A stretch of DNA of 64,000 nucleotides. Source: Antedon mediterranea. Its lineage: Eukaryota > Animalia > Echinodermata. Of this stretch, positions 38,774 to 51,144 are shown piece after piece. The stretch is taken from contig NC_092671.1 in assembly GCF_964355755.1 (NCBI RefSeq), positions 36,714,304 to 36,778,303 of the forward strand, in the 5' to 3' direction. The notes beneath the pieces are model-generated. The model was given only the letters and a program-made list of their open reading frames with translations. It searched no databases and had not been told where the DNA came from. The translations under genes and the position numbers were made by a program. Every line of letters starts with the position of its first letter. The first letter of the stretch is position 1.

Positions 38774-39430
38774 CTGAAAGAAACACAATTATCAAATATG
38801 TTATTAAAATTAAGATTAAAGACAGAATTATGTTACCTGGAAATAGAGCAGTAAAAAATGGCGTATTAAAGGTAAGGTTCTTTTTTATAATATTAATATT
38901 ATTATGTTAAGAATTTTCTAATTCCTAGATCTGTTTCTGTTTTATATAACAATAAAATATGTAACTAACCTAACTAAATGTAAATAATGACTATAAATGA
39001 ATATTGGTGTCTAATCAATAAAGATAAAACAGTTTAAATGAGTTTGTAAGATTCAGACATATATTGATGAGGAATATTAACTTACTGTGTACTTTATGAG
39101 TCATCAATGTCTTTGTTTCTAAAACCAAACTCAATTGAATAAATCGACGTGCATGATTCTAAAGGTCTATTATTTTAATTTTTCACATTCTAGTAAATGA
39201 GATTTCCTGATTACATTTAAAATAGCATATAAACTAGGTTTTATAACATGATTTTAAAAAATATCACAACAGGGTTAACTGTTTAAAAGGGGGATATTCC
39301 TCGCCCAAATAGTTTGGACTAAGGCTAACTTGGGGTAGGTGTGGATATATAGGTATTACGTAAATTGTTTTATTCACTTTCCATCTCCATAAAAAAAAAA
39401 CACAATGTATCTCCTCTCCTTCCCTCCTTA

Positions 39431-39571
39431 AGCTCTGTCTACACAAAAATCAATCTTTATGTGATAAAAAATGTGTTGTGCCCATATATGGACATGATGT
39501 TGTCATATCACTACCATATTTGGGCATATCACCATTTTTTGTCAAACTAGTTTGATAGTGTAAACAGAGCT
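39431..39571. mobile_element. MITE family A, copy 10
   Basis: TIRs, TTA on both flanks. Confidence 0.85.
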
Positions 39572-39922
39572 TTAAATATATACCAAGATGTTATATAGGC
39601 TTATTGAAGTCTTAAAATCTATTTACTACAAACAAGAGAGGAACAATCTCCTCTTCTTCGATCTATACCCTAATTTGATTAAATTAATTTCCATTAAAAA
39701 ACAATCTGCAAGTAAAATTCATCTATTAAAAGACAATTATAGTAAATAATGACAAAAGCAGTACTAGCAACATTTGAAAATAAAAACTTAATATCAGTAA
39801 AAACCATACTGCAAATTATCATTATGTAAATGTTGGAACAATAAAAAATTCCCTATCAACAAATAAACATTAAAAACCTGGCAGAAAAAAAAAACCTATT
39901 CTCATTATATTAGCCAATGTAA

Positions 39923-40063
39923 AGCTCTGTCCCCACTATCAAATTAGTTCGACAAAAAAAGTGTGATGTGCCTAAATACGGTAGTGATATGCCCAAATAT
40001 GGTAGTGATATGATAAGTCCATATAAGGGCACATCACATTTTTTTTGCAGTGTAGACAGAGCT
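39923..40063. mobile_element. MITE family A, copy 11
   Basis: TIRs, TAA on both flanks. Confidence 0.85.
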
Positions 40064-40417
40064 TAAATCAAACAAAACAGAAACATGACAATATGTATCA
40101 AATAAGGAGTAAAGCATGCACTACAATGTAAAAGTAATTAGCTATTAAATAAAAACAATGGAATATGTTCACTAAGAAATGTCTTTGATCTAAACTATCT
40201 TATTTAAACAAACCTATTGTAGTCCAAACTGTAAAACGCTGCAACACTATTCACCAGACCTCTATGAATTGGCTGTCCAACGGTCATAATATATCCTAAG
40301 CCATCGTTAACTTTACCCATATAAAATAATGACTTACTCCTAGAATACAGTGTACCCTATCCTAGTGTATGTAACTTAATCTTCATCAGAGTATACTACA
40401 AGACAACAACTACTTAC

Positions 40418-40504
40418 TAGGCGGTGTGAATTTGAATAAAGATGATGATATGGATACATAAAAGCAGACTCTAGATCAATCTCGGATCGTCTTGGATCTA
40501 ACAT
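40418..40504 (-). CDS. TCF12: Predicted E-Alt first coding exon: MLDPRRSEIDLESAFMYPYHHLYSNSHRL
   Basis: ATG 40504 after an in-frame TAA (second ATG 40459), CTA|GTAAGT phase-0 donor, in the intron just before the VYSP exon as for HEBAlt/E2-2Alt. Confidence 0.65.
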
Positions 40505-41013
40505 CTCGTTTTACGATCAAAATGAAAAAATCTCAGCACAAAAGTATAAATTCAAACCATAGACTACCATCAACAAAATATCTGATATCTCTGTGTATAA
40601 TACTCTATGTACCCTTTTTTATTATTATAATGGTAAAAGTTTATGGATATGAAATCGACCAATGAATTTATAAGTACCTTATTATTTTAATATTAACTAG
40701 CACAGTAATACTCTCAACCACCAGCATAAAATCTATGTTATTTAAACAATTTAAATTATAAAAAAAAATCTTTTTACTTAAAATATAAAATAATATCTCA
40801 ACAACAAAGCTACTTTAGTATCGATTGTATCATTATACTACGTTTTTAGGATAAATTTGGTGTTGAAAGGAAATAGGGTTATATTGAGAAAAATAAAAAG
40901 TAAATTAATTTTACATCATACACAGTTTAAAAGAGAATGCCTTAATCCTTTTTAATTGTCTTTTTTTTTTAAATAAAAAATGTAATATAATGTGTTACAT
41001 TCAAAATACTTAC

Positions 41014-41045
41014 TCCAATTGTGGGTTTTCTCCTCTTACCAAGAC
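41014..41045 (-). CDS. TCF12: E-protein 32-nt NLS-type exon: GLGKRRKPTIG
   Basis: Acceptor ctttttatttccTAG, donor GTAAGT, phases 1 to 0 bridge the flanking exons; positional match to the vertebrate KKVRKVPPG exon. Confidence 0.88.
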
Positions 41046-41314
41046 CTAGGAAATAAAAAGGTTAAACAAAGTTGAATTCATTGTGCATAATTCAAACTGC
41101 TCTAGACAATATTCTAATATTCTGTTTGTCGCCCTCAACCTACAGTAAAAATGTGCAACAGATTTAACAAACTATTATATTATTATTAGCAGTAATTAAA
41201 TACCATTTAATCATAAAATAAAATGTTATCAAATTAACATTCAACAAATCCCTCAAATTTTTATAATACTAGATATTTGAAAAAAACATTTTAAGCTTAT
41301 CGTAGTTAATCTAA

Positions 41315-41673
41315 AGCTGTCTGCACTATCAAACTAGTTCGACAAAAACAAGTTTGATATGCCCATATATGGTAGTGATATTCCCAAAAATGGTAGTGAT
41401 ATGACATCATCATGTCCATATATAGGCACATCACATTTTTTTTTGTCACATAAAGTTCGATAGTGTAGACAAAGCTTTAGATATCTAATAAGAAGCTCAA
41501 AACAGAAATCATTAAGTAAACCTCTGTCTACACTATCAAACTAGTTTGACAAAAAAAGTAATAGTATGATGTACCCATATATAGTAGTGATATGCCCAAA
41601 TATGGTAGTGATATGACATCATCATGTCCATATATGGGCACATTACATAAAGTTTGATAGTGTAGACAGAGCT
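41315..41673. mobile_element. MITE family A, copies 12 and 13 (41315-41476, 41519-41673), tandem duplication
   Basis: Both followed by the same flank TAGATATCTAATAAGAAGCTCA, implying local duplication rather than two insertions. Confidence 0.85.
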
Positions 41674-42871
41674 TTAGATATCTAATAAGAAGCTCAGAAT
41701 ATAAATCGTTTGTAAGATCAAGCAAGATAAAGATCGTGGAGTTTCCGTGGTAGGGTGTCTACCAATACAGGTCAATATAGGAGATAGCGACCTATGATCA
41801 CTCTTAAGTATAAGCTATAGAGGAAGTACGAGTACACTAACTGCCGTGTGTAACCAAGAAAAGCGTGGCTCCTTAATCCTACCATGTATTCACCTGTTGT
41901 AAGATGACATTGCTGAAAAATGGTATTTACACCAACTACACTAGACTGATTAATAAATGAACGCGTGTATATTTCTAGGGTGAAAAATAAACATTATCTT
42001 TTCCTAAATCAGAAATACATTTATTACTTCCTTGATAAAAAAAAGATTCTATAAATAAAATTTAAACATTATATCTACTAGCTATATTGCTGTTAAATAA
42101 AATCATTTTATTCTTATTTTTATCTTGAACCTTCAATTATAGATACCAAACAAAGGTTATCTTTCTGTTTTAGCATAATGCTATTATTTCTGTTAATGTT
42201 CTTCTTGTACTGGAAGAGATATACTGTTCATATTGAAATATGTTGACGTCCAAATAAAGCTAACACAGCCACTGATTTAGTCCTAAAGCCAGATCCATAT
42301 TTTAAACTATTCATATATTCAAACAAAAGATTGAAGGCTTAAATTCATCTCCGAATATTAAGTTTAACTTGGTATCAGGTCTACAACTTTCACGTCGTAT
42401 TACCAACTTCCTGTCTTGCCTATCAAAAAGGTCACATATGTGTAAGTTGGCCTCTTTATGCATATTCTATACACAAATACGCATTATCAAGGCAAAACGC
42501 TAAATCTTTTGTTAATGATTTTAGTTTGATGGTTGATCCAAGTGGCTTCCTGTACCTAATACAGATATTATGATGATTGCTAATACAAGGACCTGGATAA
42601 AGAAGGAAGATAATCCCAGGGATGAGGCCTGCCAGGAAATACAGCACTATACAGTTATCAGTTGGCTTAAAAACAACGCTACTTTTTAACTTCTGTGTGT
42701 GTGTTATAATATGTATTGTACAACCGGATATTAATGTTTGATTATTATCAACATTAATGTCGATTTCTGGGAAAACATGTGATAGTTTACTCCTTTTTAA
42801 AATAACAGTATTAGATTGTTTCTTCCCTATTTCACTTTGAGTTAAGCTCAGGAATAGAAACCCATGTTTAA

Positions 42872-43496
42872 AGCCCCATTTCCTACGTTTTTTAGATCTA
42901 ATTTAAGATCACAAACTATATTTAATGTAAAAATAATACTATATGGTCCTATTGCGATAACTTTTTTCGTCTTTAAACGGTTAAAAATGTGAAAAATAAA
43001 TCGATTCTAATAATTATAGCGGCCCGCTATAAATCCCAAAATGCATTGTGCTATTGTGATATTTTTGTTTTTCACCTGTAATTCGCCCACTTTTCGATCG
43101 ATCGTGAAGCCAAAACAAATGGAAGACTCCTAACTTTTCAGCGAAAATACCGGGTTTTCCCCAATTTGTATCAACGGAGTGTGGCAAAAATAGAAAGACA
43201 ATTAATGTAGCAACTATACAACGTCAGCCTAGGTATATAGCTAGCGTACGATGTTCGTACGTTATCGATGTTTACCAGCTAGGCCTACAAAACTAAGCCT
43301 AGCTAGGCTAGGCCTAAGACCGTCCACGAGAGGTCGATCGCCGCGACCTACTTAGGTAGTGCATTGTTTCTCACTTTTTATCATAATTTACCATAAAACG
43401 TACATTTAAGACAAGGAATGACATGGTTTAATGTTTTTAAAGTGATATATATGTATTATTTTCCAAAAAACGTCCAAAATTGCAGGGAAGGGGTCT
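42872..43496. mobile_element. Non-autonomous Kolobok-like element
   Basis: TTAA at 42868-42871 and 43497-43500; imperfect TIRs AGCCCCATTTCCTAC vs AGACCCCTTCCCTGC (purine-purine termini); CpG-rich interior. Confidence 0.6.
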
Positions 43497-44254
43497 TTAA
43501 ATATATATATATATATAATAACTACTAGCTTAGAATTTGTCAGATAGTTGGTAGATAACATACATGAAGGAGATCAAGTTGCTCTCTTTGCCATAAGAAT
43601 ATTGTTATTTTTGGTCATACATTATAGACGGACTATAGATGCATAAATATTTAAAAGCTATATTGTTAGGCCAACAGGATGCTACTGAATTTGTAATTAT
43701 AATAATAGGTATACATAATTATATGAATACAAAATGTAACAGGTTTGTTTGTTTGTCTATTAATAGAGAGAACTCAATCTTATTAAATTATCTATAATAA
43801 TGTATTACCAAAAATTGTCCAAAATGTTACTTTTATTATTATTATACTGCAAAAACATTCAAAAACGATCTTAATATTTTTTAAGACGAAGGTTCTATGT
43901 TATACAATAATTTGTTTAATATAATACTAAATAAAAAAATACTATGCCTCTTTAATGTATATAATTATTGTATTACTATTACATATTTACATTGTTTTAT
44001 GTTTTAATGTATGCTTTGAGTGGTGGTGTGGCACGCCTTATGGCAACAGTGGTCCTTCGACCTCTTTTGCCACTCCTTGGCACACTCAAAGTTTATGTGT
44101 TGTTTTAATGTTGCTAAAATTAATAAAATAAATAAATAATAAATTATTATAATTCTATCAATTTACAAACTTAAATAATCATAAATATAATTATTCTAGT
44201 AATCTCAGATTAATTTAATAAAGACATAAAAATTGCTTTCATAATTTGCACTTA

Positions 44255-44404
44255 AGCTCTGTCTACACTATCAAACTGACAAAAAAATGTGATGTGCCCA
44301 TATATGGACATGATGATGTCATATCACTACCATATTTAGGCAGATCACTACCATATTTGGGTACACTTTTTTTGTTAAATTAGTTTGATAGTGTAACCAG
44401 ACCT
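44255..44404. mobile_element. MITE family A, copy 14
   Basis: Left TIR intact, right TIR degenerate. Confidence 0.8.
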
Positions 44405-46018
44405 TTTAAAGTCAATTGTTTTTGCACAAGCGCACCAAATCATTTACATCCCAAACAGCCCTTATTTCAATAGCATAATACAGATACTGACATTAATAAA
44501 TGTTACATTTTGAGAGAAAATAAATAAAATCTTATGGGAATTAGACGCTCAACTAGAAACATCAATCGTGGTAATCTGAATTACGAGAAGTGAGCAAAAG
44601 GCCACGATAGTTACATGTATTTCGTCTCTAGATTCTCGCTAAGTGTCTATACGTTTAGAAATTACACATTATATCTAGGCCTAGTAAAATATATATATAG
44701 GACGTTTGTCATGCTATATTCTTATGCCTCTTTTTCATATGCAGCTTATTAGTAAATAAAACCATGATAAAAAAAAATTAAAGATAGTTATTAAAAAAAA
44801 TAAAATGTACACATACTACAGACAAACAGGGGAAATATTATTAAATAAATTCATCTGATTCCGAATATAATTAACTGGACAATTATTACTTTTTTGTCAC
44901 TAAGGTATTTATACCATTTGTGTAGGTATTGTTTGGTTCAACAAAAAAGTAATTATATTTTCCTGTTAAGGGGAAATATATTTTAACACTAGTGGATATC
45001 CCTATTTTATGACACTTTATTGGGCCCCGAAGTTGTGCCTTTAGAGAGAGGTTACTTAAATACTAATTATATTTCATCCTTTATAGAAATTTGTTGTTTG
45101 TATGAAAAATTATTTTTCAGTTCTGTATATAAACAAAATATGTAATTTTGTTATTTTATATCTCTGTTTTAACAAGTTTTTTTTTATATTAAAATAAGAA
45201 AGCTTTTTCTTCAATGTTCTGTGTTTTTTAATTTGTTCTGAAGGAACGTGATGTGTTTATCTATGACCTGACTATGAAGTATATTATGTTTGCGATATTA
45301 GAAAACATCTTATGACATTTGTGGTGACATTCTTTAAAGTCTCATTCATCAAAAGTGACAAGTTGGGAGTGTCACCTGATCTTTTAAAAAAAGTTCACCC
45401 TATCAAGTAAGTCTTATCTATGGACTGCAAGATGGAATAAACATCTAGAATGATGATGACCTAGTCTGTTTATTACTGCCATGAGTAAGGGTAACTATTT
45501 AGAACAAGCCACCAAGCAGCAAACCGTTTTGTTCCTGGTCTCGGGCAAAAGGTATCAAATAAATCTATTATTAGTAATATCTAAGATTGCCACCCACCAA
45601 CTAATGTTTTATTTATTCATCCTATAGTTGTGGTCCTCTACGGACCCACGGCAGCAGTGCTTACTGTACCATGATCAGTACACTAGAAGATGAGGCAATG
45701 AGAGTGAATGTAATGACAAGCAATATGGCACAGACATCTCTCGAAACCCTTGCTCTTAAGGCTAACTCAGACAGCAATGTACAACGAAGCTTGACGAAAT
45801 GTCTTGACTCGTTGGTGCTGTCTGAATCCTGTCGATACATGTCGTATGGAAATAGCGCCGGGCGTAGTTTTTAGGTCATTGTGAGAACTTTAAACATGAT
45901 TAATTTTCTCTGGAATCTTTTCGGCCCTGGTCGTACGACGCTGTCTAAGTTGGCCTATACATGTCGGGTATAACATTCCGTTATCATTACCCCATACAGT
46001 ATCGCTCTCCAAACGCAC

Positions 46019-46074
46019 CTTATACCGTTTGCCGTTACTGTACATCGGGTATGAGAGGAGCGAATTCGGCACCT
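46019..46074 (-). CDS. TCF12: Candidate alternative exon: EVPNSLLSYPMYSNGKRYK
   Basis: TAG acceptor 46077-46075 (weak pyrimidine tract), AAG|GTGCGT donor, phases 1 to 0 as for the 32-nt exon. Confidence 0.45.
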
Positions 46075-46212
46075 CTATTTAAACGTCAACTTAAAACTTT
46101 TCTTTTTAATTAATTACTTAGTATTGTTAGGCGCTCTGTTTTTTGTAGGGCGTCATATAAAAACCTGAATAGAATAGAATAGATCGTGCAAGAAAACCAA
46201 AATGTGATTTAC

Positions 46213-46348
46213 CTGTTGCTGGTATTGGTGGTTGTTCTGGCATGGGCCGCCGTCTTGATGAGTTGTACATACTGTAATAAGATGCTGTTGATTTGCCATG
46301 AGGAGACAGGGAACCAGAGCTTGGCATTCCAAGCGCTAAAGCTGGCTG
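46213..46348 (-). CDS. TCF12: E-protein exon: (Q)PALALGMPSSGSLSPHGKSTASYYSMYNSSRRRPMPEQPPIPAT
   Basis: AAG-CAG tandem acceptor (start 46348 or 46345), donor GTAAAT; matches recalled [24 protein letters not shown]. Confidence 0.95.
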
Positions 46349-49300
46349 CTTTAAAAAAAAACAGAAAAAACATTCAAAGAAGAATGTAGCATGGAAAACA
46401 ATAATGGATTTACAATCAAATAAGAAAGCCTAAATATACAGTAGAAAATGTGTTACCAGTATTAGGAAACTAAAATTTCTGTAATTAAACTAACAAAATA
46501 TAATATATGTTTAGTTTTATGTTATTCCAGCACTTTACAACGAATTATAATATTTATATAAGCATTATTAACAATATTAAGTTGCCCATATAAAGTAACA
46601 CCCCTCCCTAATTAGATAATCTAATTGACATTATTAATATCATACAAGGCACCAGATAGTCTAACTTGAATACTGGAGATAATGAGGATTATGTATTCCC
46701 ATGACTATCAATAAATCTTGTAATTATTTAAACATTATTCTCAAATTATGATAAAAACTGTATGAAAAGAGAGGAACCTTAAATATGCTCAACAATATTT
46801 AAATAAATGGCAAGAAAAAAAAAACAAAAAAAAACCCCGAACTATGCTATTCTGTTTGAGACGCCATACCATTAAACCACTAGGGATTGGTTCAATATGA
46901 TAGCAACTTTCAATCTAGCCTTAATGTCATACTTAATATAGTGACAACAATATTCAATAAGGGGTTCAGTGTGTGGCATCAACCACACCCATTGTTGTTG
47001 ACATATTTTGAGAAGAACACAAGTCATTTTTTTCATAAACTGGATTTAAACAACTAGTTATAAAATATACCTATACATTATTAATTTTACACACAAATGT
47101 AGAAGCTGCTATAAGGAGAGGAATCTCTCAATCTGCATATGGTTATAGACTTCATTTTAGAATCAGGTTGCTTGGACAGTACTGAATTTTTTTATGAAAT
47201 AGATGTGATAATATTTTATCGTTCTGTTTAGGGAAATGATAGTGTTATATTTTATAGTACTATCTGAATCATTTAAGGCTCTTCACTAACAACAAGAAAA
47301 TCTAAAATATCCAAACTCATTAAATCAAATACATAAAATAAATCATAAACTTAGGAAATAACAACTTAAAAAAAACAACAGTGAAAGCATTCAAGAACAG
47401 ACAATTATAGTTAACGAGATTGCCACAAGCCATAAAGGGGTTTGTAACGTAATTGGCGAGCTTTCATTTACTTTGTAATTTCAATAACCAGAAGCATAAG
47501 ATAGTACAATAAATAGCTCGGCCAATCAGAGCGCTAACATCTGCTGGAGCACACTAACAAAAGACCTTACTAATTTACAATTCTTCTACTGTGGAGAATA
47601 ATTAAAAGAGATTCTAATCCAAGGTACGTCGGCCAAGATTCACTAGATGCTTCAGCCAAATATGCCAACTATTACATTCACAGTTTTTTATATATATTTA
47701 TAAATATATTATCAAATACATTCAAGTATATCAATCCTTTATATTTATAAATATGTTATCAAATACTTTACATTCAAGTATATCATATACCTTTATTTTT
47801 GCTTTGTATACTATGTATCAGCATGTTGAGCCTTCGTATTATATTTTAATATTTGATTTATTGAATTTTATGAAATCTCGAAGTGTTATCACAATTTTTA
47901 TATAAATATAGTAGTTTTTTATAATTATTTTTTTATGATAATGTATTTTCTTACTGTTTGTATTGTCGAGGGCCCCAATGATCAGCTTTGCTGGTGGGCT
48001 ACCCTCATGATACATGGTTCAATAACAAATTTTAAAAATGCATTTTTATTGTACAAAATTCAGACCTGTTATGAATGTTTTTACCAGAATAAATAAATAT
48101 ATCTACAATTTTACTAATAATTTCTTTCTTTATTTTTCAATCCATAAATAAATGTTATCAAAAATGTTTATTGTCTCAAGATTTGATTGTTAAATAATTT
48201 AAAATCTTTGTTTATACTATAAAACAGGAATCAGACGGAAAAATTATTGGTAATTTTGTACGTTTACGAGTAAACCAATTATGAAGATATTGAGAGTTGA
48301 TATTCTCTTTATGTTCCATGAAATCACGTACAATTGTGGAGACAGGAATATAAAAATCTTTAACTGCAGTAGGTCTAATATATTTTATATTACATGTAAT
48401 AAATTTTGTAACTATTATGAAATATAATGTAAGTTGATAATAAACTCAATTCTAAAGAATAAAAACCAAAATGAATATTTTAAAGCTACAAAATCTACAT
48501 CAAACTTAGCGGGAATCTTGAAATTCTTAATCTTAATTGTGGCTTTAACCATTTTTGTTTTACATAAAAGATTTATTTAAAAAATATTTGAATCTGTAAT
48601 GAATATTAATATACAGTTATTAACAATTTATTAACGATTTATTTTGAAAATATTTTAATCTGAAATGAATTGAAACTACATTGCCCTAATTCCAGATAGG
48701 GACAATTTAAAATTCAATAGTCAATATTAATAGGTAGTTATTAACAGTTAGCTCTTTTATATTAAAATTAATTTGATGGTATTTTGTATGTCTATAAATT
48801 AAATATTTCAATTTCAAATTATGAACACAATTTGAGTAAAATTACCAGTATGAAATAAATGTGTATATTAGATACTGTAGTCATCATTGATGTAGACATG
48901 TTAAGGTTTAAAATAATAATTTGTTAATGTTGTTAATTAATACAACTGTCAATCATAAATTAAATTGTTATGCCACATTCCGTAAACAAATTCTGTAATA
49001 CTTAACACAGAACTAGATTACAGTAAATTAAGTAACAAATTAATTGCAATATTATTTTAAGAAAATATTATCGTGAATGATTTAGATGATGGCTCAGGAA
49101 ATCAAACTTCAACAAGTGTATTGTGAAGCTGTGTTATTGATTTTGATCCAATCAATGTTTGTGGCAGGGCTCAGTTTAGCAGGATGCCGGACTGTATTCA
49201 ATGCAAACAGAGAACAAAAGAAATGGAATTACTGAACTCGCGTAGCTTACAGCCGAATCTAATTACGTCAATCCAAATATAACAGCAACAAAAATTGGAA

Positions 49301-49742
49301 TTCGCTAACTAGTATTTAAAGTTTAGTCAGAAAAAAAATAAAATGACTTTGTATCTAGCCATGGAATAAAATAATTTCTACACAATCTAACATGAAAAAC
49401 TCCTTACATAAAATAATTGCATTATTATCAATGAATGTTTTATTTATACTGTATTTAATTAAAATCACATTTTATTAAGCAATATGTATGTTTATAAGTT
49501 TGTAATCTAAAAAGGCAACATTGAGTTCTAAAGTTAAAAATCAAAATCTTTTCTTTTCAAAATAATTAGGTAATGTTTGATTGAACTACTCGGGTACACA
49601 CTTTTAGTAAACTACTATTAAGCCAAAAATTAATTGAAATTAAAAAGGGGAAGCTTATTTGTAAAGGAAATATGTAAATTAAATCATGAATTAACTTGTA
49701 TAAGAATGTTTTGACCTAGTTTGGTTAACTGGTACCATAACA

Positions 49743-50035
49743 CAGCTGCTTATAGTTGTATAGTAAAGGCAGATGTGATCATACCCAGCCACCTGCACCA
49801 ATCGTTCATAGGTTTAGCCTAAGCCAAGCAGGCGAAAGTCAGGGAACCACACAGGTGGCTTGCTAGCTGTCTACTAACTCAATTGGAGGTGTCAGCCTAG
49901 CCAACTATAGCTAGCCTAGAACACAGGTGGGACTTGGACCAGTCCTCACACCACAGGTGTATGCATAAGACCAGCTGTCTAGTGCCTTCTCTGCTATAAC
50001 ATCTGAAACCTATTACAGTATCTATAATGCACCTG
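49743..50035. promoter_or_regulatory. Homotypic E-box cluster (candidate enhancer)
   Basis: 9 sites in 293 bp: CAGCTG 49743, 49972; CAGATG/CATCTG 49770, 50000; CACCTG/CAGGTG 49790, 49852, 49924, 49954, 50030. Confidence 0.7.
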
Positions 50036-51088
50036 ACAATACATAAGTTTTATACATGAATTTCGTAATATTTCATTTACTTAACAGGCAGGTATCCTTA
50101 ACCCTAACACGGACATGATTTATTGCCAGCCTACGTTAAATGACAAACTAAAGCGCTTTTCAGTTTACCTATTAGTTTGTTGTTGTAACATGATTAAGAA
50201 ACATTATCCAATAAAAAAAATTCTTCAAATGTTTCCATACTTCAGTAGCGAACGCGCCGAATAAAAAAAATGATATTTGCACAGCAGCATAAATTCTAAT
50301 TTACTAGACACATTTTTTAATAAAAATACATTATTTCCATAACTAAATTGTAATCTTTATTTCTATCTACACGTAACATGTTTTATTATACTTATTAAAG
50401 ATAATAAAAAATAAAGCAGTACATAACACACATAGAGTAACGAGTCCCTTTAGTCTCGTAATAATTGCTCTAGCTATTTCAGATTACTAGAAAAAAGAAG
50501 ACGCGTAACTTTAAAATTGTTGAAGCTAATAACAATAAAAACACTCAAATAATATGTCCTAGTTAGGATAATTAGACATTGCTTCATACAATGTTCTACA
50601 AAACAATTCCAATGAAATAACAAGAAAACGCAAATTAAGATATAGGACCGACGATATCAATATTATTCAACGATTTCCTTTGTTACTATATAGTAAGATA
50701 AGGCACAAAAAATGGATACTAAAGTTAAGCGCGTAGTACGTTAGTATGTGTATACCACTTATTCTAGAAAATGGCGGTTTAGGTACACTTAACAGAGTCT
50801 GCCATTGGTAAATCATGATAAACCTTACATTTTGGTAATTTTAAGTTATACCTTTTCAACACATCCTTTACCAGGTAAAGGGCCGTAGCCATGAGTATGG
50901 TTGGTAAGGTTTCAACCACACAGGGGATTGTTCCCTTTTTTTGCAACCACCGCACTACTCTAATTTCTGTGACCACCACCTCTAATTTCCGTCACTACGA
51001 CACTGCTTACCGGGAGTATCAGTCAATGATTCATATGCATAAATCAAATCATCTTTTTTTTATTTATATTTTTATATTAATTTCTTAC

Positions 51089-51144
51089 CTGTGGTACTCC
51101 AGGTTCCCTTGGCATATAAGGCATTCCATATTCTTTTGATTTAC
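51089..51144 (-). CDS. TCF12: E-protein exon: GKSKEYGMPYMPREPGVPQ
   Basis: Acceptor (T)nCAG 51147-51145, donor CAG|GTAAGA, phases 1 to 0; positional match to recalled SKTERGSYSSYGRE exon. Confidence 0.85.

Noticed and set aside
12499-41725. Short ORFs with CPYMDMMMSYHYHIWA-like peptides
   Set aside because: Translations of MITE family A
41880-41925. Acceptor plus 19- or 30-nt candidate exon
   Set aside because: One frameshifts, the other has an in-frame TGA; weak donors
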